NCBI GenBank assembly: GCA_018432615.1
Contig: JAHDSQ010000017.1
Location: 37,413-101,412 of the forward strand
DNA: 64,000 bases
Reading direction: 5' to 3'
From: Clostridia bacterium
GTDB taxonomy: Bacteria; Bacillota; Peptococcia; DRI-13; SM3-B62
In this document: one piece after another, positions 19,613-29,742 of the stretch
Layout of the letters: every line of letters begins with the position of its first letter
Position numbering within the stretch: position 1 is the stretch's first letter
Notes under the pieces: generated by a model
Seen by the model: the letters and a program-made list of their open reading frames with translations, nothing else
The model's database searches: none
What the model was told of the DNA's origin: nothing
Program-made: the position numbers and the translations under genes

Positions 19613-19911
19613 GAAAACTTTCTTATGTGAGCCTGCTGATCATGGTCTTTATCTTCCTTGCTACTGCTACCGGGCTACCGGTGTTGTTTGACAGCGAATC
19701 TCCGGCAGCCGTAAATGTCTCGCCCCGGTATATTGAAAAAAGCCATGAGGAAACGGGCTCTCTAAATTTTGTGACTGCCGTGCTGGCTGATTACAGGGGA
19801 TATGATACCTTAGGTGAAACAACGGTTATTTTTACAGCCGGGGTAGCTGTGGTGCTCTTGCTTCGTGCCGGCAAGAAAAACGGGAACGACAGTGAGGTGG
19901 ATGGAGAGTGA
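19609..19911 (+). CDS. Mrp subunit, MbhE-like
   Basis: N.VTAVLADYRGYDTLGET motif. Confidence 0.85.
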   Translation: MRKLSYVSLLIMVFIFLATATGLPVLFDSESPAAVNVSPRYIEKSHEETGSLNFVTAVLADYRGYDTLGETTVIFTAGVAVVLLLRAGKKNGNDSEVDGE

Positions 19912-20342
19912 ATAAAAGATTCGGCAGTGTAATACTGGATACAACCTTCAGATATCTTGTGCCCTTTATTTTGGTTTACGCCGTTTATGTTCTTTTCCAT
20001 GGTGAGTACAGTCCCGGCGGTGGATTTCAGGCGGGAGCGCTCTTTGCGATAGCGATTGTTTTGGACCGTCTTGTTCAAGGTGATAAGGCGCCGTTGAATA
20101 TACATGGCAATTGGGCAGTTATCATCGCCGGAATAGGGGCTATGATTTATGCTCTGGTCGGCATAACTAGCATTTTAGCAGGGGGGAACATGCTTGAGTA
20201 CGGGATGTTGCCTTTTGTGCACGATGTTGTGGAAAGACATGTCTTAGGGATACTTGTCATTGAGATAGGTGTTACCGTTTGTGTGATGGCGACAATCGTT
20301 GCAATTTTTGATGCTCTGGCCAGAAGGGAAGATCTATTATGA
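19908..20342 (+). CDS. mrpB: Mrp antiporter subunit B
   Basis: HGEYSPGGGFQAG motif. Confidence 0.88.
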   Translation: MNKRFGSVILDTTFRYLVPFILVYAVYVLFHGEYSPGGGFQAGALFAIAIVLDRLVQGDKAPLNIHGNWAVIIAGIGAMIYALVGITSILAGGNMLEYGMLPFVHDVVERHVLGILVIEIGVTVCVMATIVAIFDALARREDLL

Positions 20343-20707
20343 TTAAGGAAATGTTATCAAGCCGTGTTATCTACTGGCTTATTCTTGTCATGTTTATGTT
20401 GGGACCTTTTGGTATGATCCTCCAGAAAAACCTGGTGAAGAAAATTATGGCTATGAATGTTATGCAGGTAGCTGTAATTGCTTTTTTCTTGGTTCTGGGT
20501 CAGAAGGAGGGTGCAACGCTGCCAATTGAGATTCAAGGGTTGATGGGCGCTGTCAATTATATCAACCCCTTGCCCCACGCCCTTATGCTTACGGCTATCG
20601 TTGTAAGCCTCAGTATTACAGGGGTGGCACTGGCTTTGTTGTTACTCGTACAAAAACAGTATGGGGAGCTAGAAGAAGATGAATTGATACGGAGGATGAA
20701 TCAATGA
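20339..20707 (+). CDS. mrpC: Mrp antiporter subunit C
   Basis: NLVKKIMA, NPLPHALMLTAIVV. Confidence 0.9.
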   Translation: MIKEMLSSRVIYWLILVMFMLGPFGMILQKNLVKKIMAMNVMQVAVIAFFLVLGQKEGATLPIEIQGLMGAVNYINPLPHALMLTAIVVSLSITGVALALLLLVQKQYGELEEDELIRRMNQ

Positions 20708-22203
20708 TGGAACAACTCCCAGCACTATTAATTTTGATTCCCTTGTTGACGGCTCTGGCAAGTCCCCTCCTTTCCTATCTTTCAGGGCGCTTGGTGCGGT
20801 GTACGGCACTGGCGGCACTTCTTGCGGCAGTATTTTGTGCGGTAGGGATTTTGACTCGAGTGCTGTCTGAAGGGACGTGGCACTATAGGTTTGGCGGTTG
20901 GGAACCTCCCTGGGGAATTGAGTATGCTGTTGACCCCTTAGCAGGTGCTTTAGCTGTATTGATTACTTTTATCAATTTTATGGCTTTGATATATGCCAAA
21001 ACCGAGATGGAAGATGCTACCCGGACAAAAAAAGGTGTCTTTTATGCCCTGTTTTTGTTAACTACTGCCGGACTCTTGGGTATGACAGTAACCGGGGACG
21101 TCTTTAACCTCTACGTATTTCTTGAAATATCGTCTTTATCCACCTACGCTTTGATTGCTTCCGGTGGGAAAAGAGCTATTTTTGCCGCTTTTCGCTATCT
21201 GATTATCGGCACGGTGGGCGGAACCTTTTATCTCCTTGGTGTTGGTTATTTATATGCGGTGACAGGGACCTTGAACATGGCCGACATGGCTGTTAAGATT
21301 CAACCCTTGTTGAACACACCGGCCGTAATTGTTGCCATAGCCTCAATTGTGGCAGGTATGGGAATCAAAATGGCGCTTTTCCCCTTGCACGGCTGGCTTC
21401 CTGATGCTCATACCTACGCACCCACCCCTATATCAGCCATCATATCAGGGATAATGATTAAGGTGCCTGCCTACGTTATCTTCCGGATGTTATATTTCGT
21501 GATAGGTGCGGGTGAAGGACCGGTGCAACAAGCTTTGACGGTAATAGGCTGTATCGGCGCGGCTGGCATTATCCACGGTTCTATCATGGCTATTGCTCAA
21601 AAAGAATTCAAGAGGATTCTGGCTTATTCCAGCATGGCGCAAATCGGCTATGTTGCAGTGGGTCTTTCCATAGGGAATGTCTATGGACTAATCGGTGCTT
21701 TATTTCACGTCTTAAATCATGCCGTTATGAAAAGTTGCCTGTTTATGGTGGCAGGTGCGGTTAAGTGGCGGACGGGTGAATATAGGATTGATAAGATAAT
21801 GCAGGTCAGCAAGAAGTTGCCTTTAACCATGTTTGCTTTTCTTGTGGCGGCTTTTTCCATGGTCGGGTTACCGCCCACCGCCGGGTTCTTCAGTAAGTGG
21901 TATTTGGTTCTGGGTGCCTTTGAGGCGGGGAAATGGCCCTTTATTGTCGTCATTATCTTAAGCGGGCTTTTGAATGCCGTTTACTTCTTCCGTATTATAG
22001 AGAACACTTTCCTGAGGAAAAAAGAAGGGGCAGAAGCAGAAGCAGAAGAGAAGGAAATACAAACAGCCACCGGTTTGGAGCTGCCCCTTACAATGCTGGT
22101 GCCTATTCTGATTCTAGGAGCCGGTGTACTGATAATCGGTGTATCAAACCAGCAGATTATTTCTCAGGTCATACAATATGCCTTACCGGGAGGTGGTTTT
22201 TAG
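20704..22203 (+). CDS. mrpD: Mrp antiporter subunit D-like (proton-conducting membrane transporter)
   Basis: GD.FNLYVFLE, IK..LFPLH.WLPDAH, LAYSS. Confidence 0.88.
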   Translation: MMEQLPALLILIPLLTALASPLLSYLSGRLVRCTALAALLAAVFCAVGILTRVLSEGTWHYRFGGWEPPWGIEYAVDPLAGALAVLITFINFMALIYAKTEMEDATRTKKGVFYALFLLTTAGLLGMTVTGDVFNLYVFLEISSLSTYALIASGGKRAIFAAFRYLIIGTVGGTFYLLGVGYLYAVTGTLNMADMAVKIQPLLNTPAVIVAIASIVAGMGIKMALFPLHGWLPDAHTYAPTPISAIISGIMIKVPAYVIFRMLYFVIGAGEGPVQQALTVIGCIGAAGIIHGSIMAIAQKEFKRILAYSSMAQIGYVAVGLSIGNVYGLIGALFHVLNHAVMKSCLFMVAGAVKWRTGEYRIDKIMQVSKKLPLTMFAFLVAAFSMVGLPPTAGFFSKWYLVLGAFEAGKWPFIVVIILSGLLNAVYFFRIIENTFLRKKEGAEAEAEEKEIQTATGLELPLTMLVPILILGAGVLIIGVSNQQIISQVIQYALPGGGF

Positions 22204-23745
22204 ATGACGCCGGAGGTTTTATTAGATTATCGTCCCTTATGGGCAGTTTTGATATCACTTATTGCCGCAGTCCTGATAATGTTTCACGGCAAAAGACCTA
22301 ACCTGCGGGAAGCCTGGACTATTATGGCCGCTTTCGGGAAGGCGATTATCGTTTTTTCCATGATTCCTGCGGTGCTTGCAGGTAAAATCCCGGCAATAGA
22401 GCCGATCCACATAGCTAAAGGTATAACCTTGCATTTGCAGGCGGATCCCACGGGGATGGTGTTTGCGGTCCTGGCTTCGGTTTTGTGGATATTGACTTCC
22501 TTTTATTCAATCGGCTATGTGCGCAAGCTGGAGGAAAAACATCAGACAGGATATTTTGCCAGCTTTGCCGTTTGCCTTTCCGCAACAATGGGTATTGCCT
22601 TTGCGGGGAACCTTTTAACATTCTTTATTTTTTACGAGATATTGACTATCGCCACCTATCCTTTGGTAGTCCATAAAAGGAACAAGGAGGCTATCGACGG
22701 TGGCCGCAAATATCTAGCCTATACGTTGATTGCCGGGCAACTGCTTTTGATAGGTATTGTGTGGTCATACGTTCTTGCCGGAACAGGTGATTTCCAGCCG
22801 GGAGGATTTCTGGCCGGTGCAGCTGCGTCTGATACGGTTTTAAAGGTAATATTCTTCCTAATGATAGTAGGGACAGCTGTTAAAGCGGGTGTTATGCCGT
22901 TGCACGGTTGGCTTCCCACCGCCATGGTGGCTCCCACGCCGGTCAGTGCCTTGTTACACGCGGTTGCGGTCGTCAAAGCCGGTGCTTTTGGAGTAGTGAG
23001 AATTGTCGGGTTTGTATTCGGACCGGAACTCTTGGGAGAGCTAGGTGTTGCTGCAATTTTGGCCGGTGTGGCCGGTTTCACGATAGTTTGTTCTTCGGTT
23101 ATTGCCATGAATCAGGATAATTTAAAGAGAAGGCTGGCTTTTTCAACCATAGGTCAGTTGTCTTATGTGGTTTTAGGAGCCGCTCTTTTAACACCGTTAA
23201 GTATGATAGGTGCCATCTTTCAAATAGTGGCTCATGCCTTTATGAAGATAACCCTGTTTATGGTTGCCGGAGCAATTCACGCTACGGCCCATCTTGATAA
23301 TGTCAGTCAACTTGACGGGATAGGACGGAAAATGCCTTTTACCATGGGTGCTTTTACTGTAGGGGCTCTCGGTATAACAGGGATGCCTTTAATAGCGGGA
23401 TTTATCGGCAAATGGAACCTGGCGCTGGGTGCGCTGGAAGCGGGGAAACCGATCTATGTAGCGATTTTGATTATCAGTGCGATGTTAAGCTCGGCTTATT
23501 TATTGCCGATAGTATATAAGGCATTCTTTAAGAAACCGTCGCTCGTGTCACATCATGATTCTCATGGAGAAGGTCATCACGACCATGGCGAGGCAAACAA
23601 GGCTATGCTAATACCATTGGTTATGACGGCAATCATATCTATCGTGCTGGGCGTGTATCCTAATGCCGGTGCACACCTTTATGACTTTGCGGTTATGGCG
23701 GTTCAGGGCATTGTATCAGGGCAAGTGATAGGAGGGGGATGGTAG
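22204..23745 (+). CDS. Mrp antiporter subunit D-like, second paralog
   Basis: FFIFYE, VKAGVMPLHGWLP, LKRRLAFST. Confidence 0.88.
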   Translation: MTPEVLLDYRPLWAVLISLIAAVLIMFHGKRPNLREAWTIMAAFGKAIIVFSMIPAVLAGKIPAIEPIHIAKGITLHLQADPTGMVFAVLASVLWILTSFYSIGYVRKLEEKHQTGYFASFAVCLSATMGIAFAGNLLTFFIFYEILTIATYPLVVHKRNKEAIDGGRKYLAYTLIAGQLLLIGIVWSYVLAGTGDFQPGGFLAGAAASDTVLKVIFFLMIVGTAVKAGVMPLHGWLPTAMVAPTPVSALLHAVAVVKAGAFGVVRIVGFVFGPELLGELGVAAILAGVAGFTIVCSSVIAMNQDNLKRRLAFSTIGQLSYVVLGAALLTPLSMIGAIFQIVAHAFMKITLFMVAGAIHATAHLDNVSQLDGIGRKMPFTMGAFTVGALGITGMPLIAGFIGKWNLALGALEAGKPIYVAILIISAMLSSAYLLPIVYKAFFKKPSLVSHHDSHGEGHHDHGEANKAMLIPLVMTAIISIVLGVYPNAGAHLYDFAVMAVQGIVSGQVIGGGW

Positions 23746-23746
23746 A

Positions 23747-23992
23747 ATGATGAAAGACGGGAACAAGAAGGTTTTGATTATAAGCGGAGTGATGATGGCG
23801 CTTGTTTTCCTCCTGGAGATACTTTTTGTCCATCCCCATGGTTACTTCTGGTGGCACGAACTTCTTGCTTTTGATTTGTTATTTGGTCTGGTCGGTTGCC
23901 TGGTTCTTATTTTTGCTGCCAAGGTAGTTGTAAGAACCATTGTTGAAAGAAACGAGGATTATTACGATGGAGGTGGCAGCGACGATGCTTGA
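23747..23992 (+). CDS. Small membrane protein within the mrp operon
   Basis: Two TM segments, C-terminal R.EDYY; translationally coupled. Confidence 0.75.
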   Translation: MMKDGNKKVLIISGVMMALVFLLEILFVHPHGYFWWHELLAFDLLFGLVGCLVLIFAAKVVVRTIVERNEDYYDGGGSDDA

Positions 23993-25724
23993 TTTTCACC
24001 CGGGGTTTATCTTGATAATAGCAGGGCTGCTGGCTTGTTTCTTGCCTAATCGTGCCCGTCAGGTAATCATGGTCGGTGCTCCTTTGCTGGCACTTGCGGC
24101 TGTCTTTAGCCTTGAGCCGGGCATGACTCGGTCCGTCCCCTTTATCAATGGGATAGAACTGGTTTGGCTGAAGGTAGATAAACTGTCGTTAGTTTTTGCC
24201 ATCATTTTTGGCATCGTTGCTTTGTTGGGCAATATATACTCATTGCATATTAATCAAGCCGGAGAAACTGCCGCGGCAATGTTTTATGCCGGTGGTTCCC
24301 TTGGTACTGTTTTAGCTGGGGATTGGCTGACTTTCATTTTCTTTTGGGAGTCTTTAGCGATATCCTCTACCTTTTTAATTTGGAACAAGAAGGAGCCTCA
24401 AGCGATAGCCGCAGGGTTCAGATATCTTTTGGTACACATGCTGGGTGGTAATTTGCTGTTGGCCGGTATATTCCTGAAAGTATCAGGCGGTGAGTTTGCT
24501 GTTACCGCATTAACGGGTGGGATTCCGGATGCCGCTTATTGGCTCATATTATTGGGTGTGGCAGTAAATGCCGCCATTCCTCCGTTGCATGCTTGGTTAA
24601 CCGATGCTTATCCTGAGGGGACGATAACCGGGGGCGTTTTCCTGTGTTCTTTCACGACCAAGGTTGCCGTATATGCCTTAATCAGGATTTTCCCGGGAGC
24701 CCAGATTTTAGTGTGGGCCGGGGTTATCATGGCCATATATGGGGTAATCTTTGCGGTGTTAGAAAACGACGTTAGACGTTTGTTATCTTACCACATCATC
24801 AGTCAGGTCGGATTTATGGTGGCCGGGGCCGGGATAGGCACGGAAATGGCTATCAACGGTGCCGCAGCCCATGCTTTTTGCCACATTATATACAAGTCAC
24901 TTCTTTTTATGGGTGCGGGAGCCGTAATTTATGCCACCGGATTAAGAAAGCTTACTCAGTTGGGTGGACTTTTCCGGAAAATGCTGCTGGTGGCCATCTT
25001 TTTTGAAATAGGGGCCTTCGCTATTGCCGGTGTGCCTTATACAGCCGGGTTTATCAGTAAGTCGTTGATTCTTAGTGGTGCTGCCGCCAATGGTATGCCC
25101 ACTGTGGAGATATTGCTTTATCTGGCCGGAGTGGGGACTTTCTTATCAATAGCTCTAAAACTTTTCTATTTGACATTCTGTGGTGAGGAGAAAGATATTG
25201 AAGTAAAAAGAATTCCTAAAAACATGTATGTAGCCATGGTCGGTGGTTCGTTCCTGTGCATACTTTTTGGAGTGCTTCCGGATCTTCTTTATTCAAGGCT
25301 TCCCTTTGTAGTTGCCTACCAACCATATACTCTGGATCATGTTGTTTCTATGATACAGCTTGTCTTGGGAACCTTTGTGATATTTTGGGTTTTTCTCCCG
25401 AAGTTGCATCCCCACGATCTTATTTCAATAGACACGGATTGGTTTTATCGCAAGCCTTTTGCGGCGCTTGTCCGAGTTACGGTCAAAGTGGTTTGTAATA
25501 TCAGGGATTGGTTTGGAGAGAGATGCTGGGATATTCTCCATGGGACAACTCCGTTATTTGCCAACCCCCTCAAATGGTGTTACCAATACGGTGTGGCTCC
25601 AAAAGCCCAAAAACCGGCGCCGGACGTGTACCATGAAGACAAGTATCGTTTTCCTCTGGGACTGACTGTATTGATGAGTGTCTTGGTATTTTCCGTTACA
25701 GTGGCATATATCTGGCTGTATTGA
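23985..25724 (+). CDS. Mrp antiporter subunit A/D-like, third paralog
   Basis: FIFFWE, PPLHAWLTDAYPE, RRLLSYHIISQVG; GGAGG RBS before ATG 23985. Confidence 0.88.
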   Translation: MLDFHPGFILIIAGLLACFLPNRARQVIMVGAPLLALAAVFSLEPGMTRSVPFINGIELVWLKVDKLSLVFAIIFGIVALLGNIYSLHINQAGETAAAMFYAGGSLGTVLAGDWLTFIFFWESLAISSTFLIWNKKEPQAIAAGFRYLLVHMLGGNLLLAGIFLKVSGGEFAVTALTGGIPDAAYWLILLGVAVNAAIPPLHAWLTDAYPEGTITGGVFLCSFTTKVAVYALIRIFPGAQILVWAGVIMAIYGVIFAVLENDVRRLLSYHIISQVGFMVAGAGIGTEMAINGAAAHAFCHIIYKSLLFMGAGAVIYATGLRKLTQLGGLFRKMLLVAIFFEIGAFAIAGVPYTAGFISKSLILSGAAANGMPTVEILLYLAGVGTFLSIALKLFYLTFCGEEKDIEVKRIPKNMYVAMVGGSFLCILFGVLPDLLYSRLPFVVAYQPYTLDHVVSMIQLVLGTFVIFWVFLPKLHPHDLISIDTDWFYRKPFAALVRVTVKVVCNIRDWFGERCWDILHGTTPLFANPLKWCYQYGVAPKAQKPAPDVYHEDKYRFPLGLTVLMSVLVFSVTVAYIWLY

Positions 25725-25922
25725 CTTAAAAGAGCGACGGACTTAAGCCCTGCCGGCGGCTCATTCTCTCCGAATTCGTAGTAACGGTGAGATGAGTTTG
25801 ATAAGCGGGGCTTTTCATTATTCATAAAGGAGTTATTGCGGAAGAGTTATTGATAAAGAGGGTTGCCTGTGCTTCACAGGAAGGTTATTATTAGCATGGA
25901 GTGGAAAACCTGAGTTCGGGGG

Positions 25923-26957
25923 ATGAGCCTGATGAAAAGGATAGTAGTGTCGGTTGTGTTTATTGTGTTGCTGTCGTTGGTGTTTGCCGGCTGTACAAAG
26001 GAAGAGGAGAAGGATGAGACGGCTCTCCAGCCGCCGGCAGGCGGAGAAATGACAGGGGAGGAAATAACAGGCGAAAAAGAAGAAAAAGAATTGCTGCCGC
26101 CGGAGCTTCCCGGGGCCGTGATAGTCATGATCGATAATTTTTCCAAAGCCCGTCCGCAAATCGGTCTGGATAAAGCCGATATTGTCTATGAAATGATGGC
26201 GGAAGGCGGGATTACGAGATATATGGCGATATTCTACAGCAAAGGGGCAGATAAGATCGGACCTGTTCGCAGTGCCCGTTATTACTTTGTGGAGCTGGCC
26301 AAGGGCTATGATGCGCCTTTGGCACATGCCGGCGGCAGTCAGGAAGCCCTGTCCTTGGTATATCAGTTAAAGTTAAAGGACTTAGATGAAATATATAATG
26401 CCGGCAGTTATTTTTGGCGTGATAAGTCACGGAAGATGCCGCATAATCTTTATACCAGCACGGATGAATTAATCAGAGGGGCCAAAGCCAAAGGATATGA
26501 ATTGATACCGTTGGAAGCCTTGCCGCTGAGCGAAGATTTCAGAGGGGAAAAACTGGAGCAAGGAGATGAAATCACCCTGGATTATTCGACTAACCAGTAC
26601 AAAAATGTGGTCAGTTGGCAGTACAACGGACAAGAATATGAAAGATACGTAAACGGGAAGAAGTATGAGACGGCAGATAATATAACTATCACTGCAGATA
26701 ATCTATTAATTATTACTGCTAAGACCAAGACCAAGGTGGTGGATGGGGTACCGCTGTCGGAAATTGATATCATCGGGGCGGGTGAGGTTCGTTATTACAA
26801 CGGTGAGGTGTTGTCAACGGGTACCTGGGAAAAGACTTCTGCCTCTTCAAACATTGTCTTCTATAATGAACAGGGAGAAAAAGCTTGCTTCAAGCCCGGG
26901 CAGACCTGGATACAGGTTGTTTCAGACTGGGGTAAGGTAGGTACGACGGGAGATTGA
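25923..26957 (+). CDS. DUF3048 (YerB-like) lipoprotein
   Basis: Lipobox VFAGC; VMIDN...ARPQ.GL..AD.VYE...EGGITR, GPVRSAR, R.MPHNLY. Confidence 0.85.
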   Translation: MSLMKRIVVSVVFIVLLSLVFAGCTKEEEKDETALQPPAGGEMTGEEITGEKEEKELLPPELPGAVIVMIDNFSKARPQIGLDKADIVYEMMAEGGITRYMAIFYSKGADKIGPVRSARYYFVELAKGYDAPLAHAGGSQEALSLVYQLKLKDLDEIYNAGSYFWRDKSRKMPHNLYTSTDELIRGAKAKGYELIPLEALPLSEDFRGEKLEQGDEITLDYSTNQYKNVVSWQYNGQEYERYVNGKKYETADNITITADNLLIITAKTKTKVVDGVPLSEIDIIGAGEVRYYNGEVLSTGTWEKTSASSNIVFYNEQGEKACFKPGQTWIQVVSDWGKVGTTGD

Positions 26958-27026
26958 AGCAGATAAAAGATTATACGAGAAAAAGGGAGATTTTCGATAG
27001 AAGACGCTGAAAGCGGGTGAGTCAAG

Positions 27027-27485
27027 ATGAGCGAAGCGGTACAAGTGCAAATATATACCGACGGTGCCTGTAAAGGGAACCCGGGACCCGGGGGTTGGGG
27101 GACAATTCTTTTGTTCAAGGGAAAAGAGAAGGAAATTTCCGGCGGTGAGAAGCTGACCACTAATAATAGGATGGAACTGCAAGCGGCCATCGAGGGTTTA
27201 AAAGTCCTTAAGTATCCGTGCGGTGTGCAGCTTTTTAGCGATAGTGCTTATTTGGTCAACGCCTTTCAAAAGGGCTGGCTTAAAAAGTGGCAAATGAACG
27301 GTTGGAAAACCTCAAAAAAAGAGCCAGTGGAAAACCAGGATCTTTGGCAGAAACTCCTGGAATTATCGGGTATCCACCGGATTGAATGGATAAAGGTAAA
27401 GGGACATGCTGATAACGAATACAACAATCGTTGTGACAGACTGGCGGTAGAAGCGGCTGAAAAAGCGGCTGTCAGTGAAGAGTAG
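27027..27485 (+). CDS. rnhA: Ribonuclease HI
   Basis: IYTDGACKGNPGPGGWG, TTNNRMEL, W.KVKGH..N..N.RCD. Confidence 0.96.
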   Translation: MSEAVQVQIYTDGACKGNPGPGGWGTILLFKGKEKEISGGEKLTTNNRMELQAAIEGLKVLKYPCGVQLFSDSAYLVNAFQKGWLKKWQMNGWKTSKKEPVENQDLWQKLLELSGIHRIEWIKVKGHADNEYNNRCDRLAVEAAEKAAVSEE

Positions 27486-27517
27486 GTCATGGAACGAAGG
27501 GATGAGGTGGAGATAGA

Positions 27518-28075
27518 ATGCGTTATGTGAAGGGTGTGGCGATGGTTTTAGCCGTAATAGTGATTATTGTATCGTTGTATGGGTGGGCTGCGTTTTATCT
27601 TGATTCCTGGCATGAAGGGATTTCGCTGGATACACAGCATGATGCCGATCACTATGAAGAGATAATGCAAGTGACTGTTGCCGGACTTGCCGACGGCTCA
27701 TTAGAGTCCTCTGCCGTAAACTTGTCCGATAAGGAATACGAAGAAATATTGAAGCACCTGGTAAAGAGCAATGCGGATTTTGTTGCTCTTATCAAGGGGT
27801 TAAGCGTTGATAATGAGGGCGACAAGGTAATCTTTAAAGTCAACGTTAGTGTGAAAAGCTGGAAAAAGGCGATATTACTGGGCTTGAAGCCCCATTATGA
27901 CGCGACACAAAAAGAACTTCTCTTAGAGGTGGAATCATTTAAACTGGGAAGATTCTCTTTACCGACCTTTCCCGCTCTTTATATGGCGGAAAAGATTGGT
28001 AAGCAGCAGAATCTTTTTGGGGTTGATGAGAATAGGATGGTTTTCAAGCTCGAGGATATACCTGTTGAGTTTTGA
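27518..28075 (+). CDS. Hypothetical membrane-anchored protein
   Basis: GAGGTGG RBS; N-terminal TM segment. Confidence 0.65.
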   Translation: MRYVKGVAMVLAVIVIIVSLYGWAAFYLDSWHEGISLDTQHDADHYEEIMQVTVAGLADGSLESSAVNLSDKEYEEILKHLVKSNADFVALIKGLSVDNEGDKVIFKVNVSVKSWKKAILLGLKPHYDATQKELLLEVESFKLGRFSLPTFPALYMAEKIGKQQNLFGVDENRMVFKLEDIPVEF

Positions 28076-28125
28076 ACCGGCTAACCAGGCATAGTATTTA
28101 AGACATGAAAGGGAGGGATGCATAT

Positions 28126-29181
28126 ATGGCATATTTATATTCGGAGATAAAGGTCAAGGATCGGGTGATTAAAAACAGAATAGTTCTACCGCCGGTTGTC
28201 CGTTTTGGTTGGAGTGACGATAATGGCTTTGTAAGTGCAAGACACATCGAGCATTACGAAAAAATAGCAAAAAGCGGTACAGGGCTCATTATTCTCGAGG
28301 CAACCGCTATCAGAAAAGAAGGCAGGCTTGCCCTTTCACAACTCGGCATCTGGTCAGATGAACAAATTGAGGGCTTAAGCAAAATTGTTGCGGCTTGCCG
28401 CAAGCATGGGGCAGAGATGCTTATTCAGATTCATGATGCCGGGATGAAGACAGCCCAGGGTGTTACCGAAGATATAGTCGGCCCTTCCGACACAACTCGG
28501 AAGGGAGTAACGGCAAGGGCTTTGACCAAGGAAGAAATATATGAGATTAAGAATCGGTTTGTTGAAGCAGCGAAGAGAGCCGAAAAGGCCGGATTCGGCG
28601 GGATTGAAATACATGGAGCACATAATTACCTGCTTGATCAGTTCATGTCGCCGATTACCAACAAGAGGGAAGATGAATACGGCGGGTCATTAGAAAATAG
28701 GATGAGATTTGCCCTGGAAGTTATTGAAGGAATTAAAGAAGCAGTCTCGCCGGAATTCATTATCGGCTACCGGTTTGGAGGTAATGCCCCAACCCTTGGA
28801 GAAGGAAGAATAATAGCCAAGGCTTTGGAAAACAAGGGAGTCGACCTTTTGCATGTATCTTGGGGTATCTTCGATGAAATAACAACAGAAGTTCCCGCAG
28901 GATTTCAATATAACTGGATCGTTTATCTCGGAACTGAAATAAAAAAAGAGATCGGGATTCCTGTTATAGTGGTAAACGGGATCAGGACACCAAAAGAGGC
29001 GAGTTACCTGATAGAAAACGATCTGGCAGATTTTGTTGCCTTAGCAAGGGCACACTTGGCAGATCCTGAATGGGCCCACAAAGCCCTCAACGGAGGGGAG
29101 ATAAAAACCTGTCTTCACTGTCGAAGATGCCAATGGTATGTAGACGGTGATAAATGCCCCAGAAATATAAACGGCGGGTAG
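28126..29181 (+). CDS. NADH:flavin oxidoreductase (Old Yellow Enzyme family)
   Basis: KNRIV.PP, GF.GIEIHGAHNYLLDQF.SP..N.R.DEYGGSLENR; C-terminal CLHCRRC. Confidence 0.92.
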   Translation: MAYLYSEIKVKDRVIKNRIVLPPVVRFGWSDDNGFVSARHIEHYEKIAKSGTGLIILEATAIRKEGRLALSQLGIWSDEQIEGLSKIVAACRKHGAEMLIQIHDAGMKTAQGVTEDIVGPSDTTRKGVTARALTKEEIYEIKNRFVEAAKRAEKAGFGGIEIHGAHNYLLDQFMSPITNKREDEYGGSLENRMRFALEVIEGIKEAVSPEFIIGYRFGGNAPTLGEGRIIAKALENKGVDLLHVSWGIFDEITTEVPAGFQYNWIVYLGTEIKKEIGIPVIVVNGIRTPKEASYLIENDLADFVALARAHLADPEWAHKALNGGEIKTCLHCRRCQWYVDGDKCPRNINGG

Positions 29182-29215
29182 CTAGCGAATTAATTGTTGA
29201 GAAATTGATTTTAGG

Positions 29216-29242
29216 AGACCTTAAAGGTCTTCTTTTTTTTTT
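29216..29242 (+). terminator. Intrinsic terminator after the OYE gene
   Basis: AGACCT/AGGTCT stem followed by 10 T. Confidence 0.65.
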
Positions 29243-29261
29243 GTGTTTTTTAAGAATTGTG

Positions 29262-29289
29262 ACGGCATGTCTGTTGGCTGCATATATTA
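29262..29289 (+). promoter_or_regulatory. Putative sigmaK/sigmaE promoter of the cotJ operon
   Basis: AC-N17-CATATATTA matches the sigmaK consensus AC-N17-CATANNNTA. Confidence 0.65.
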
Positions 29290-29319
29290 GAGTGAACCTT
29301 GTTTTTAGGAGGAAAGCCA

Positions 29320-29742
29320 ATGCGAAATTATACGTTTAAGGTAAGACCCAGGCCTGAAAAACCGGAGAATAAAGAAGTAAAAGAAGAAGCCGGACCGCAG
29401 GGGCCAATGCAATTTCCTTTTGGTGGGCCTTGCCCGCCAAAGCCCGTCATGCCGAAACCGGAACCTCCGCAGATTCCGTGCCCAGAACCCCCACAGATTC
29501 CGTGCCCGGAAATGCCGTATTATCAGCCGAGCCCTATGCCCTACCAACCATACATGGAATATCCGTATATGCCGGAATACCAGATGTGTCCGGAGAGACT
29601 GGCACATGCTTATGTACCCTGGCAATACTACAACGTAATTTATTCTCCAGGCGAGGGCTTGGAAAAAGGAACAATATTCCCTGAACTATTTATGCCCAAA
29701 GGAGTTTACGGATACGGAGGTGCCCCCTATGCATACAGATAG
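29320..29742 (+). CDS. cotJA: Spore coat protein CotJA with Pro-rich N-terminal extension
   Basis: LAHAYVPWQYY...Y.P.EGLEKGTIFPEL motif; upstream of cotJB. Confidence 0.85.
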   Translation: MRNYTFKVRPRPEKPENKEVKEEAGPQGPMQFPFGGPCPPKPVMPKPEPPQIPCPEPPQIPCPEMPYYQPSPMPYQPYMEYPYMPEYQMCPERLAHAYVPWQYYNVIYSPGEGLEKGTIFPELFMPKGVYGYGGAPYAYR

